Shown here piece by piece: positions 1 to 10,465 of a DNA stretch of 64,000 nucleotides. The position numbers were made by a program, and so were the translations under genes. The notes beneath the pieces were generated by a model. That model was given only the letters and a program-made list of their open reading frames with translations, ran no database searches and was not told where the DNA came from. This DNA is from Setoptus koraiensis (Eukaryota > Animalia > Arthropoda). The stretch lies in assembly GCA_048013815.1 (NCBI GenBank), contig CM106586.1, positions 6,944,001-7,008,000 on the forward strand. Reading direction: 5' to 3'. Numbering within the stretch: position 1 is the stretch's first letter; each line of letters opens with the position of its first letter.

Positions 1-624
1 TTACTTGTTGCGCTGATATTGCTGATGTATTTTGCACGTGTCTATATTTGTCGTGATATTAAGCGTGGTTGTGCGTTGGAATAATTGTACTAGATTATCC
101 ACTTTAGTTGAAGCTTTCTCGAGAATCTTATAATCCATTCTATGAGCATACGATGATTTCATCAATTGTTGTCGAGGGAACCATTTTGCAGCTATACTCA
201 ATAATCTGCTAGTGGGCCCATGTGAACTGCCAAACATCTCTTGTGATGCATATGTCATATACAAAAAGCCATCTTCGTCTTTGTTTTCTGAGTAAATTTC
301 GGCTATCGATTTAGAATTGCTTATAATTGATTTGTTGTTTATAACGAAATAAAATGATCGTCCAGGCGGTATTTTGAGCCTATTCCTTATGAGCTGAGTG
401 AAATTAGACATTGTCAACTCTTGGGGAACGAGAAATTTTGTCTTATCCAACAAGGGCAAATTGACCTCACGTTTGTACCGTTCAACAACAACGGGTATCT
501 TATTAGGGAATTTCGCCCTTATTCCCTCTACTTCGCCTTTTCTAATCTCAAATGACTTCCGTTGTTTGAAAGGCTTGTTGAGTGTGTTGTTGGTAACAAT
601 GATTTTCTCCGCATTGGGTGCCAT
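1..624 (-). CDS. MAP1LC3C: Autophagy ubiquitin-like protein, LC3 subfamily (LC3C-like), 207 aa precursor; predicted ATG4 cleavage after Gly132
   Basis: Intronless ORF with KPFKQRKSF, IRAKFPNKIPVVVERY, LDKTKFLVPQELTM and KDEDGFLYMTYASQEMFG, closely matching LC3C. Gly132 codon GGC at 231-229; stop TAA at 3-1. Confidence 0.95.
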   Translation of the reverse strand: MAPNAEKIIVTNNTLNKPFKQRKSFEIRKGEVEGIRAKFPNKIPVVVERYKREVNLPLLDKTKFLVPQELTMSNFTQLIRNRLKIPPGRSFYFVINNKSIISNSKSIAEIYSENKDEDGFLYMTYASQEMFGSSHGPTSRLLSIAAKWFPRQQLMKSSYAHRMDYKILEKASTKVDNLVQLFQRTTTLNITTNIDTCKIHQQYQRNK

Positions 625-691
625 TATGTGATGATGATATAACTATCAAGGGGATATATTAATTATGAGTGCAGAGTAGTTGGTTGCGGGA

Positions 692-821
692 CTGCAAGTA
701 GATATAAATATAATGTGATAATGTTCGTTTGTTATAGTATGTTGAGTCTTGTTAGTAGGCAACACTTGTAACCAATCTACAGTATTGATACTATTATATG
801 TGTGTGTATATTTGATCTCAC
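692..821 (-). other. Predicted 130-nt intron in the LC3 5'UTR
   Basis: Minus strand has donor GTGAGA at 821 and acceptor tatttatatctacttgcAG ending at 692; size matches other introns in the window. No transcript evidence. Confidence 0.55.
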
Positions 822-2888
822 ATGTGAGATATGCTTCAAGTTGATGGTGCCTTTATCGCTCTGCCAATTGATATATGATGTAGTTATTTGCGATGATGAT
901 GATGTTAGCAGTTGTTGTTGTAGTAGCACTGACGATTTTTGATATCACTATTGATATTAACAACATCATTAATATCAGCAGTGATATTTTTGTTTTTGTC
1001 GATCACTATTTCTATTATTTTAACTTGGACTAGCTTCGATTTTGGTGATGGTGACGACGGTGTATCGGTAGCAGTGGTCGTATATGATGCAGGATGTTAA
1101 ACAACAAGATACAGGTTCAATAACAATAATAAACAACGATATTTAGCTAGGCCCACTTCGATAGATAATGCCCTAATAATTGCTGAAAATTTGCTTACTG
1201 ACACTTTGTGAGATTGATATGATTTGCGATGCGACCTATTCAATCAATTTTAGACACACTATCGAAACAGATTGTTTGATTGTCACTGCAGGTTTGTTTC
1301 TCCTTGTTCAACATCGGTCCAATGATAGTTTGTTTGGTTGACAACAATTTGATGAGAAAATGGAGGTAATGTGGTCGCGGACCTGTTAGTTAGTTGGCAG
1401 ATACAGATATCAACATGCGATGATGATAGTATTAGATATTTAGTATTCATCTAGTCAGTGTTACTAGAAATTTCAGTTTTGGTGCAATTTTACACAAACA
1501 ATCTATCTACCAATCAATTCATCTATAAATGTGTTGTTCGTTAACCTCAACAACACCACTATGGCGTACACAATTGTTGGCTCTACAATTATCGACTGCC
1601 ATTAAATGTTAACCAGTTTATCTATCCGTAGTTGAGTGAGTTACGACTATTGAGTGACGGAGACACATCACTTTATATTGGTAGTGATTTGCGCTCGGAA
1701 ATGTTAGCCTGGTTTACTAACAATTGGTTTATATTATCAAACCGATCTTATTTGCATAACAGCTGTGCCTAACAAACGTAAGAAGTTAATCCTTTGCAAG
1801 TTGTTGGATAATAATGATTTTGATTCTTTGTCCACAAGGTATTCGCCTTTGGTGGATTTGCAATAGTTGAGTGAAGGTGAACCCGACCTGGACCTCTTGC
1901 GCGTATGATATATTTATTATCATCAATTGCCGATTATCGATTACAATCACAAGATATAGCCAACTGTGTTGTTGTGTTGACACAAACAGATAAAAGCTTA
2001 ATTCCACTCAAGTTTCATAATTGACAAACAATATTTGACTGTATACACTTGTTCACCTCAAGTGCTCACTCTTAAATCGCTTGCTAGAAGCAATTGAATT
2101 GGACGAGATTAATACATCATTTGTTACAGCTATTCCTGCTAGCTATTGTTAGTAAACTTCCATGATTTCACAAATGAGTCACACATGAGAGCTGGATGAG
2201 AGATATGATTTGTGATCGAAATAAATAAATTATCAACAATTATTTGTATATGATGAAAAAAGTATCATCTTGTTGTTTTGCACACTCCACAAAGATAAAA
2301 ATCCTAAAATTACAATCTTATCTTGTTGTGTAGACAAAGAGAGTTTACATTTACACGTTTGTTGGTAAAGAAACAAAACAACGCGTAAATCCTTGTGTGC
2401 CGATATCGCCAGACATGTCTGCCAAGTCCTAACTGGTGCGGCTTTGTTCATTCTACGAGAGGGCACCCATGGCAAAGGCGCCCACAATGGCCGCATCGAA
2501 ATATAACGGTTCGGAACCGCTTCACCTTGCCAGAGAAGCACTAGGGTGTGTGATTTCGATTTTTCTCTCTTGAGCCTTGACGTAACACGTTGTAACACGG
2601 TGAAAAGAAAGAAGGATAAACAAACGTCGCGTGTCGAACACGTGCTCTCCAATTGTGATCTAATTTGTGATCAGCTGTCAGCTAATAATCTGCCTTTGCA
2701 GCGCAATCAGAGTTGTGATTGCGTGCTATGCTGTTTGTATCAGATCTTATACATCTTATAAACATAAATACATAAAAGAGATAAAAAGGAATATAAACAA
2801 TTCGCGAAACATCCAACTGCCAACTATTGTGATCTGACTGACACTCTTTGTAAGACCCTCACTAAATCCATTCAAAGCTTCAGGAATC

Positions 2889-4387
2889 ATGATCTTCAAG
2901 GCTCACTACGGACTTTGGTATGGAGGCCTGGTGGGTATCATGCCATTTATGTTCAACTATGCAAGTTTTTATTCAGGAGCAACTGCCACCCAACACGGAA
3001 CATTGTACACTATATTGCCCTTTATTGCTTTGCTAGCAAAACCGATAGTGTGTTCTTTTGCCGATAAATATCATGTCCACAAACAAGCGTTGATATTCTT
3101 CATCGCGACCACTATGTTAGGTTATGGTTCCTTGGCTATTTATCCGTTCTTTCCAGATCTAACGGATAAGCACAAAAATCTACTCTGGATACTTTATTGT
3201 GTGGCGGCTACTGTCGGCAACACCTCTATGTGCATTGTGAACTCACTGGGTGATACATTAGCTATAAACTCATGTAAAAGAAACAATCGTACATACGGAG
3301 AATACAGATTATGGGGACCAGTGGGTTTCGGTGTTCTGGGAGGCCTTTGGGGATTTGTGAATAAGCTGCCTAATTTGCCATATTTAATACCAGGTATACT
3401 AACCCTCATCATAATTCACATTATTAATATAGTTCTTCTGGTCTCATGGAGAGACCAGGATGAATTTAAGATAATCGATTCAGACCAATGTAAGTCCGAC
3501 TCCAAACTCAACTCATACGGCACTACAAATCAAGAAAATCCCGTTAATATTGAGTCAGATAGATCAGAAAATGGCGGCGGGGACCGGATAATGAATGTGG
3601 ACACTTCAGGAGAACATCAAATAGGAAGACTTCATTTATTCTGGTTGCTTTGTAAATACAATAAGTCAATGCTTGGTTTCATTCTACTATTCACGTTATG
3701 CGGAGTACTGACTGCCATTCAGTGGCAGTTCTTTTTTGGTTATCTTAGTACATTGACTCAAGATCAAAACAAGGACTTTTCAATTCTGACGACACTAATA
3801 TTACCGGTGCAAAGCTTGGGAGGCGAATTAGTCTTCTTCTTCTTTTCTGGTAAAATTTTGACCAAATTAGGACCTACATTAACTCTAACATTTTGTCTAT
3901 TTAGTTTCGCATTGAGGTATCTTGCATACGCATTCATCATACCGGTTGTCTCGATATACTTTATACTCGTTGTTGAGTTACTTCAAGGTCCAGCTTTTGG
4001 TCTGATGTATTGTGTGCTGACACATCAGGCTCAACATTATTCCAGCCGTGTCGACCACATTGTTGTTAGGTTTAACCTAAGCAAAATCTATAAAAATTCC
4101 TTGAACGCTACTTTGCAAGGTGTGATAGGTGCTTCTTTTGAGGTAAGAAAGCAACAAATCCAAGCACACTGCCTAAATTTCAACTACCTATTGTTAACAC
4201 AATCTAACAAGATCTATCTTATCAACAATCACACAATCAGGGTTTGGGCCTTGGTTTAGGTGCCATTGCTGGCGGACTGGCTTACGACATTGCACCCAAA
4301 CTCATGTGGCAAATAGCGGGTTTCAGTGCGCTAGGTGCAGGTCTTGTGTTATTGGGCATTCATATGTCCCGTGCTTTTTCTACCTAG
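2889..4387 (+). CDS. MFSD6: MFSD6-like major facilitator superfamily transporter, join(2889..4142,4241..4387), about 466 aa
   Basis: FKAHY...GGLVGIMPF, LGDTLA, YGEYRLWGPVGFG, GGELVFFF and ELLQGPAFGL motifs with multiple TM helices. GTAAG donor at 4143 and CAG acceptor at 4240 give FE|GLGLGLGAIAGGLAY to TAG at 4385-4387. An upstream exon is possible (ttcAG at 2883). Confidence 0.85.
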
Positions 4388-4604
4388 TCCGGAAGTGAGA
4401 AACGAGTCTATATTTAAGACATTCTTTATTTATGAGATAAAAAGGAGAAAATATCAGTGGAGCTCTGTGTTGTGTTGAGCCAAATTTATGATTAGATATG
4501 TTTCATCACACACTTTCTTTATGTGATTCATGTGTGCTTGAGATCTGTAATAAAGTTCCTTGAAGTGTTAATATTAATTTTCTAAGTGCTCGAAGATAAT
4601 ATCA

Positions 4605-5198
4605 TCACCAACGATGCAAATCAAATTTATTTTCCTCGATAATCTGCTTTTTTTTATTATAATAATATTTTTTTGAACTGCAACGGCCTCTTGCCCTCTC
4701 GTACTCTTTGTATACGGAGGGCCATTTGGCCTTGGCCTCCGAGCTTCGGAACTCTACATGAGTTCCGTCAGCCCAGTAAGTCAACACCCTGCCATACCTA
4801 CCCTTACGAGGGGCGCACTCGATTCGGATAGGTTCGGGAATTGCTCCATTAATAGGGCAGGGTTCTGGTCTGATGTCCTCATGGGGTCCTGGACCCTCCT
4901 GCTTGTCGTTTATAACGAAATAAAAGGATTTTCCAGGCTGTAATTTGAGCCTATATCTTATGAGCTTAGTGAAGTTGGCCATCGTCAACTCCTCAGGAAT
5001 AAGAATTTCGTCCATATCCAACGAAGGCAAATTGACATCACGTTTGTAGCACCCAACAACAATTGGTATCTTATTGGAGAATGTTGCACTTACTTCCTTT
5101 ATATCGCCTTTCCTAATCTCGAATAACCTTCGTGGTTCGAAGGGGTTGTTGAGTGTGTTGCTGGTAACAATTATTTTCTCCGCATTGGCTGCCATCAT
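4605..5198 (-). CDS. Chimeric ORF (197 aa): diverged LC3 residues 1-99 fused to an unrelated C-terminus with chromo-shadow-like features; possibly a pseudogene
   Basis: First 99 codons align without gaps to LC3 (about 33 of 98 residues differ by hand count). Homology ends near 4902 (VINDK vs VINNK). No FG C-terminus; ORF uninterrupted to TGA at 4605. Confidence 0.6.
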   Translation of the reverse strand: MMAANAEKIIVTSNTLNNPFEPRRLFEIRKGDIKEVSATFSNKIPIVVGCYKRDVNLPSLDMDEILIPEELTMANFTKLIRYRLKLQPGKSFYFVINDKQEGPGPHEDIRPEPCPINGAIPEPIRIECAPRKGRYGRVLTYWADGTHVEFRSSEAKAKWPSVYKEYERARGRCSSKKYYYNKKKQIIEENKFDLHRW

Positions 5199-5874
5199 GT
5201 GATGATGATATATCTATTACGCGATATAGTAATTATGAGCGCAGAGTAGTTGGTTGTGGGATGATGCTACAAGTTGATGGTGCCTTTATCGTCTTGCTTA
5301 TAGATATATGATGTAGTTGCTTGTGATGACGATAACGCAATTAGCGTAATTACGAAACACGTTGTAACAAGGCGAAAAGGAAGAGGGATAGACAATGTCG
5401 CGCGTGTCAGAGGTGCTTCTTTTGGGGTAAGAATACAACGAATTTAAGTACACTGACTAAATTTCAAATACATACTCAAATATATTAGAGTCCAACAAGA
5501 TCCGTCTATTCAATCATCAAATGATCACGGTCTGGGCACTGGCTTAGGTGCCGTTCCTAGTGGAATAGCTTACGATATTGCTGCTCAACATTGTAACTCG
5601 TGGCAAATAGCAGGCTTTGGTGCGCTAAGTGCAGGTCTTTTGTTATTGAGCATGTATCTCATACTTGGTCTGCCCAGTCTGGAAGTGAAAAACGACTCTT
5701 TATTTAAAACATGTTTTATTTATAAGATTAAAAGGCCTAAATATCAGTGGAGCTCTGTGGTGTTGAGCCAAATTTATGATTAGATATGTTCCATTACACA
5801 TTTTCTGTATGAGATTCGAATCCGCTTCATGTGTGCTTGAGATCAGTAATAAAGTTCCTTAAAGTGTTAATATT
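4902..5874. repeat. Collapsed direct tandem duplicate of the LC3-MFSD6 unit (about 327-4575)
   Basis: Collinear blocks: 4902-5261 = about 327-691, 5264-5345 = 831-909, 5357-5408 = 2584-2635, 5411-5874 = 4127-4575. Confidence 0.9.
5411..5874 (+). pseudogene. Remnant of the MFSD6-like 3' end (exon tail, intron, last exon, 3'UTR)
   Basis: aggtgcttcttttggg|gtaag copies 4127-4147. Last-exon copy encodes GLGTGLGAVPSGIAYDI..WQIAGFGALSAG, but the acceptor CAG is mutated to CAC and the upstream coding sequence is deleted. Confidence 0.85.
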
Positions 5875-6041
5875 GTCAATACATTGTAATTCCTTAATTG
5901 GTCCAAGATAATAATTTGCCCAGTTAGGGTAATCGATTTAGGCTTGCTTGGTGCAAATGATCAATCAATCGCATACGTCAAACATGGATGATGTTGGATT
6001 GTGGATTTAAACGACGACTGTTCCTAAGATAATAAGATTTG

Positions 6042-6607
6042 TTAATGGTCAGTTTGAAATGTCGACAACAAGGCGGCGTCTACAGGTTCCATGCAAGAGG
6101 GGCATATGAAAGAGCGCATCAACCAATCGTCTATACATTTGACATGATAAGTGTGCATACATGGTAGGAATCTGATATCATCACCAACCACAAATTCAAC
6201 CATACAGATGACGCACTCTCTATTTTTTTTACTACCATCGTAAGTTTGCGTTGGTAAATGTTGTATAAGGCCTATCCTTTGAGCTATTTTAATTTGTTCC
6301 TCTTCGGCAAGTTGATTGACAGGTAAACTAGGTGTCGGGTAGAAAATATAGGAAGACCCATGGGGTTGCACTGATTCCTGTAGGGTAGAATGAAGGATTG
6401 AAGAGCGAATAGAGTAAGGTTTGTACGGTTACATTAGCATTGTATTCGAATGATTTCAATGCAAGTAGTGCTAATTTGTTGTTATGGATGGAGAATATTT
6501 ACTTGGTAGGTAGGAGGAGGCCCAATCTGATCACCTTGTCGGTTGTCTTCGGGAATGAGAGCTACATCATCCACTGACAGTCCCACTCCCTTCAAGCAAT
6601 TGCCCAT
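6042..6607 (-). CDS. RNF11: RING finger protein 11 (RING-H2 E3 ligase), join(6042..6377,6503..6607), 146 aa
   Basis: Exon 1 MGNCLK (myristoylation-type start) ...PPPTYQ (PPxY); exon 2 EEEQIKIAQRIGLIQHLP...ECVICMVEFVVGDDIRFLPCMHTYHVKCIDDWLMRSFICPSCMEPVDAALLS. GT-AG intron 6378-6502, phase 0. Confidence 0.95.
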
Positions 6608-7156
6608 TGCTTGGAAAGGATTAATGTAAAAGGGACAGCTTTAAGATTAGCTTCAGAGGTTATTTTGTTGCTAATTTTTGTAGTTTTATTGATAATTTTG
6701 TAACCAACCAATTATGCGACTACGCACTTTTGCGTCTAACGCAATCATACTGTTTGTATTGTTGTTTTTCCTCAATGTCCTTGTGTTCAGCAAAATCTGT
6801 TGTCTGCTGATGTCGCATTATTTGTTTCAAGTGTCTCCTTTTGGAGTTTGATATGAGTCCGCCAGAGGCGTGCGTTCGATATTCGTATACAATAACAATG
6901 CGATTGGTTGCCAGCAGCACAACGACACGCATTCTTCGTTCAGGATTCCTGCTAGAGGTGGCGCCTCGCATTGGTCGTTTTTTTATTTTTTTATATTTGC
7001 CGCTTCAGTAATTTATGTAATGCGTGCGCATAAGATGTTCATTGCGTGTTTAATGTGCGTGCAGCAAAGGATGCACTTGTTACTAGTGCACCGCGGCGAC
7101 TAGAAACCTTCGAGAACTTCTCTTGGATAACAGCCAGACAGCACTGATAGCTGCAG

Positions 7157-7199
7157 TATAAATAGACCTGTCACCCTCTTAAACAAACAACAATCAGTT
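7157..7199 (+). promoter_or_regulatory. Candidate core promoter of the peroxiredoxin gene (TATA box plus arthropod-type Inr)
   Basis: TATAAATA at 7157-7164 and TCAGTT at 7194-7199, about 150 nt upstream of the ATG. Spacing is a few nt longer than canonical. Confidence 0.4.
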
Positions 7200-7344
7200 G
7201 TGCCACAATCACAGTTAATATCACCAACAACCATCGCTAATAACAACCATCACCAACAACAACCATCTACAATAGTCACCAACGTCATCCGCAACCAACG
7301 TCACCAGAAACCAACGTCACCAGAAACCAACAACTGTTATAACA

Positions 7345-7938
7345 ATGGCTGGAACTGTACCCAGAATTGGCGAGCCCGCTCCCGCTTTCACCGCCAAGGC
7401 CCTCGTCGATGGCCAATTTGAGGATGTGTCATTGGAACAATACAAGGGAAAATATGTCGTCTTATATTTTTATCCAGCTGATTTTACCTTTGTGTGCCCA
7501 ACAGAAGTGACGGCATTCAGCGATCGCATCAAGGAATTCGAGGCACTTAACGCCGTAGTTTTGGGTGTATCTACCGACAGTCACTTTGTTCACTTGGCCT
7601 GGTCCAATGTGTCACGTAAAGACGGCGGCATTGGCAAAGTCGACTATCCCCTATTGGGCGACAAGAGCGGAGAAATATCAACCAAATACGGTGTCTTAAC
7701 AAAATCGGGACTCCCATTAAGAGGCCTATTCATTATTGACGCCCAGGGCGTTCTGCAGCAGGTTACAATCAACAACTTTCCAGTGGGCAGAAGCGTTGAT
7801 GAGACCATCAGACTCATTCAAGCTTTTCAATTTGTCGAAAAACATGGCGAAGTGTGCCCGGCCGGATGGAAGCCCGGTAAGCCCACTATCAAGCCAACTA
7901 CCGACGCGAGCAAGGAATACTTCAACAAATCCGGATGA
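7345..7938 (+). CDS. PRDX2: Typical 2-Cys peroxiredoxin (Prx1/2, thioredoxin peroxidase), 197 aa, intronless
   Basis: Peroxidatic DFTFVCPTE, resolving [12 protein letters not shown] and YF motifs, and LRGLFIID. Confidence 0.95.
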   Translation: MAGTVPRIGEPAPAFTAKALVDGQFEDVSLEQYKGKYVVLYFYPADFTFVCPTEVTAFSDRIKEFEALNAVVLGVSTDSHFVHLAWSNVSRKDGGIGKVDYPLLGDKSGEISTKYGVLTKSGLPLRGLFIIDAQGVLQQVTINNFPVGRSVDETIRLIQAFQFVEKHGEVCPAGWKPGKPTIKPTTDASKEYFNKSG

Positions 7939-8146
7939 GCTATCAAATCCATTTGAGTCATTGTGTCATGACAACAAAGTTGTATTAATCAAACAATAAT
8001 AGGCGGAGAAAATAAAAAAAAAACGTCTTTTTGTCTGTTCGTATTTATTAGGCCCAGTATCTTGAATATAACAAAATCCTGCTTTCTTGTAACTTCATAT
8101 CTTCTACTGGCGATTATTGATCAAGTTCACCATGCCTATGACTGGA

Positions 8147-8917
8147 TCATAAGGTCTCTCTGCTCAGTACATCAATGCCCGGACATTTGGCGTAATAGCC
8201 GCCGTCTATGGTCACCTCCGCACCGTTTATGTACGATGCCTTGTTGGAAGTCAGAAATACAATCAGGTCGCTCACCTCCTGGCTCGTTCCGGCTCTGTCC
8301 TGAAGTGTCAAACAACCAAACTTGGCTTGATTTGGACCAAATCTAGTCAAGATGGGACCAGGCAAGACCGAATTGACCCTGACGCCAGTCTTGTCACAAG
8401 CGTTGGCCAGTGTCTTGGTAAGCATTATTAATCCGGCCTTTGAGACACTGTAAGAGACAGTTGGATAGGCCATTTTACTCAGCACGGAGCCAACGTTCAC
8501 TACTGAACCAGTTGTCTTTTTTAGATATGGCATAGCCAATTGACACAAACGTACTGCCGATGTCAAATTAACAGTCATGATTTTTTCGTAATCCTCCATG
8601 AAATTTTCATCAGTTATGGCAGCGCGACCCATGAAACCGGCATTGTTGACCAAAATGTCTAAACGTTGAAACTTCTCGATTGTCTTGTTGAAAACATCGT
8701 CTACTTGCTTGAGGTCGGCAAAATCTGCTTGAATTATCAATGGCTCTAATTTGTCCGGAGATGCTTGCTTACACTCTTCGGCAACCTCTTTGAGCCGATC
8801 CTCATCGCGACCTGTAATAACTACATAATAGTTCAATTTGGAATAATCCACTGCAACTGCAGCGCCAATACCAGAACTAGATCCTGTCACTAATGCAACT
8901 ACTCTGTCAGCACTCAT
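8147..8917 (-). CDS. Classical short-chain dehydrogenase/reductase (FabG-like), about 256 aa, intronless
   Basis: TGSSSGIG cofactor motif, LVNNAG, catalytic S and YSVSK, RVNSVLPG and VTIDGG. First ATG at 8917 (MSADRVVALVTG); the ORF-track start at 8962 is TTG. Confidence 0.9.
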   Translation of the reverse strand: MSADRVVALVTGSSSGIGAAVAVDYSKLNYYVVITGRDEDRLKEVAEECKQASPDKLEPLIIQADFADLKQVDDVFNKTIEKFQRLDILVNNAGFMGRAAITDENFMEDYEKIMTVNLTSAVRLCQLAMPYLKKTTGSVVNVGSVLSKMAYPTVSYSVSKAGLIMLTKTLANACDKTGVRVNSVLPGPILTRFGPNQAKFGCLTLQDRAGTSQEVSDLIVFLTSNKASYINGAEVTIDGGYYAKCPGIDVLSRETL

Positions 8918-10422
8918 ATCTATGCTTGGTGATGATGATAAGAATCTTGTGAAAAGGTTCAAGTTGGTTGTTGTGATTGTCGCTTAGACTGTTGACTAAC
9001 TGTCTCAAGGATTATTGTTTTCTAATGTTGATATAAAGTGTGTCTAATGTTGTCTTTTGTTGCAGTATCTAGATGACTTTTCGTTGGTAAAGGTGACTAT
9101 CGAATAATGATAATTCTTTTTGTAATGGATGTTATCTGTATAAAAGCACTCGATCAAATGAAATCTAACAAGTAATGCTGAAACTATCAAACAAAAGAAT
9201 ATGGATTCTGGCTCAACAGTAAAGTTTCTGGACTCACATAAGTTAGTAAGTAGCTCACAGTTTGCAGTGAGATGATACTTTCCTCTCAAATGTGAAAACT
9301 CAGATCATTGTTGCCAGATCTGTCTAACTAAACTAACCATCACATCGCCCACTACCATGGACTTGATAATTTATTGTATACGTGTCGCAATGCTGCTAAC
9401 TTTCTGTTGGATGTTTCAGCACAAAGTAATCGGCCTTACATAACTCGCCGAGCTGGACAGATGAATATAAAAGCGTGCGGGCGAGACAGAAGGATTAGCA
9501 GAATGTATGTAGATGTGAAGTCGTTTTTTTAAAGCGATAGTTTCACCATGGTATGCTAACTTATTTCATGCCCTCGGTTGTTGCTATCTGGAACAAGACG
9601 ACTCAAAAACGACTCAGCAATTGGAGTCACTTTTTTAACGAACAGTCGGAACATCCGAAAGGGAAAAAACAGATTACAGCAGTAACAACAACTAAAAATT
9701 CATCGAGAATAGAAAAGCAATGAATAGTGGTTACTGCTGAGTTATTGCACCATGGCTAGCATAACATTTGACCAAACAACTAGTGGCCTGGCAACAGGTC
9801 GCTCGAAAACGGCAGGTGTTGTTATTTTAGAAGTGGGTTGCATGCAATCTCTTGCCTAGATGGGCCAGGTCATAATAGAATGGCATCCCGCCTGCCATTT
9901 TGACATGCTGCAATCTGACAAAGTTGATTTTCCTTTTTGTTGAAATTATGGAATGTCGTCATATCATCAAAAGTGGTGCGTTGTAGGCGGCTCTCACTGT
10001 CCGTCGGACATTTCTAGATAGCTGTGGAAAATTTGGGGCTGGCTTTCGAGGTGCCAAGAGTGTGGGAGATTCTGCCAATTTGACTGGGAAATCTAGCGAC
10101 TAGATTCATCCTCTCTGTCCGACGATGTGGCAACAGGCCATTTATTGGCTCTTTCCATTCTCACAAGTGCCAGTTTGTAATTATTTGATTGATGATGAGC
10201 GGTCATCATAGCGTACTGATAAGTGCAATATAGTACAAGTATAAGTGGAGTGAGCGAGAAAACAATAGACTGATTGAACATGGTGCTCGTAAAGAATGAA
10301 CAAAAAATGAGTTCAACAACATTGTTGGTGCTTCTGCGTTCGGTGATAGCTCGATGGGCAGTTATAAAAATAGACAGTCATGCCAGCAAACGGATGTCAA
10401 TGAACCCTCCATCGGAAAGTGC

Positions 10423-10425
<3 letters not shown>

Positions 10426-10463
<38 letters not shown>
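10426..10463. repeat. (AG)n microsatellite
   Basis: Uninterrupted gaga run. Confidence 0.95.

Positions 10464-10465
<2 letters not shown>

Noticed and set aside
1786-2761. Short ORFs between LC3 and MFSD6
   Set aside because: No recognisable motifs in the frames I checked; more likely UTR or promoter.
4143-4259. ORF-track C-terminus of the MFS protein (VRKQQIQ...WALV)
   Set aside because: Intron read-through; GTAAG/CAG splicing gives the family-typical GLGLGLG continuation.
7103-7122. Heat-shock-element-like GAA/TTC cluster upstream of the peroxiredoxin
   Set aside because: Only two pentamers (cTTCg aGAAc) are in correct register; flanking units are off-phase.
7345-8030. Peroxiredoxin as a retrocopy (intronless, AATAAA plus A-run near 8016)
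   Set aside because: Several neighbours are also intronless, no TSD is seen and a promoter-like element is present.
8147-8917. SDR as a horizontal transfer from bacteria
   Set aside because: FabG-like SDRs are common in arthropods and composition matches the neighbours; only a phylogeny could support it.
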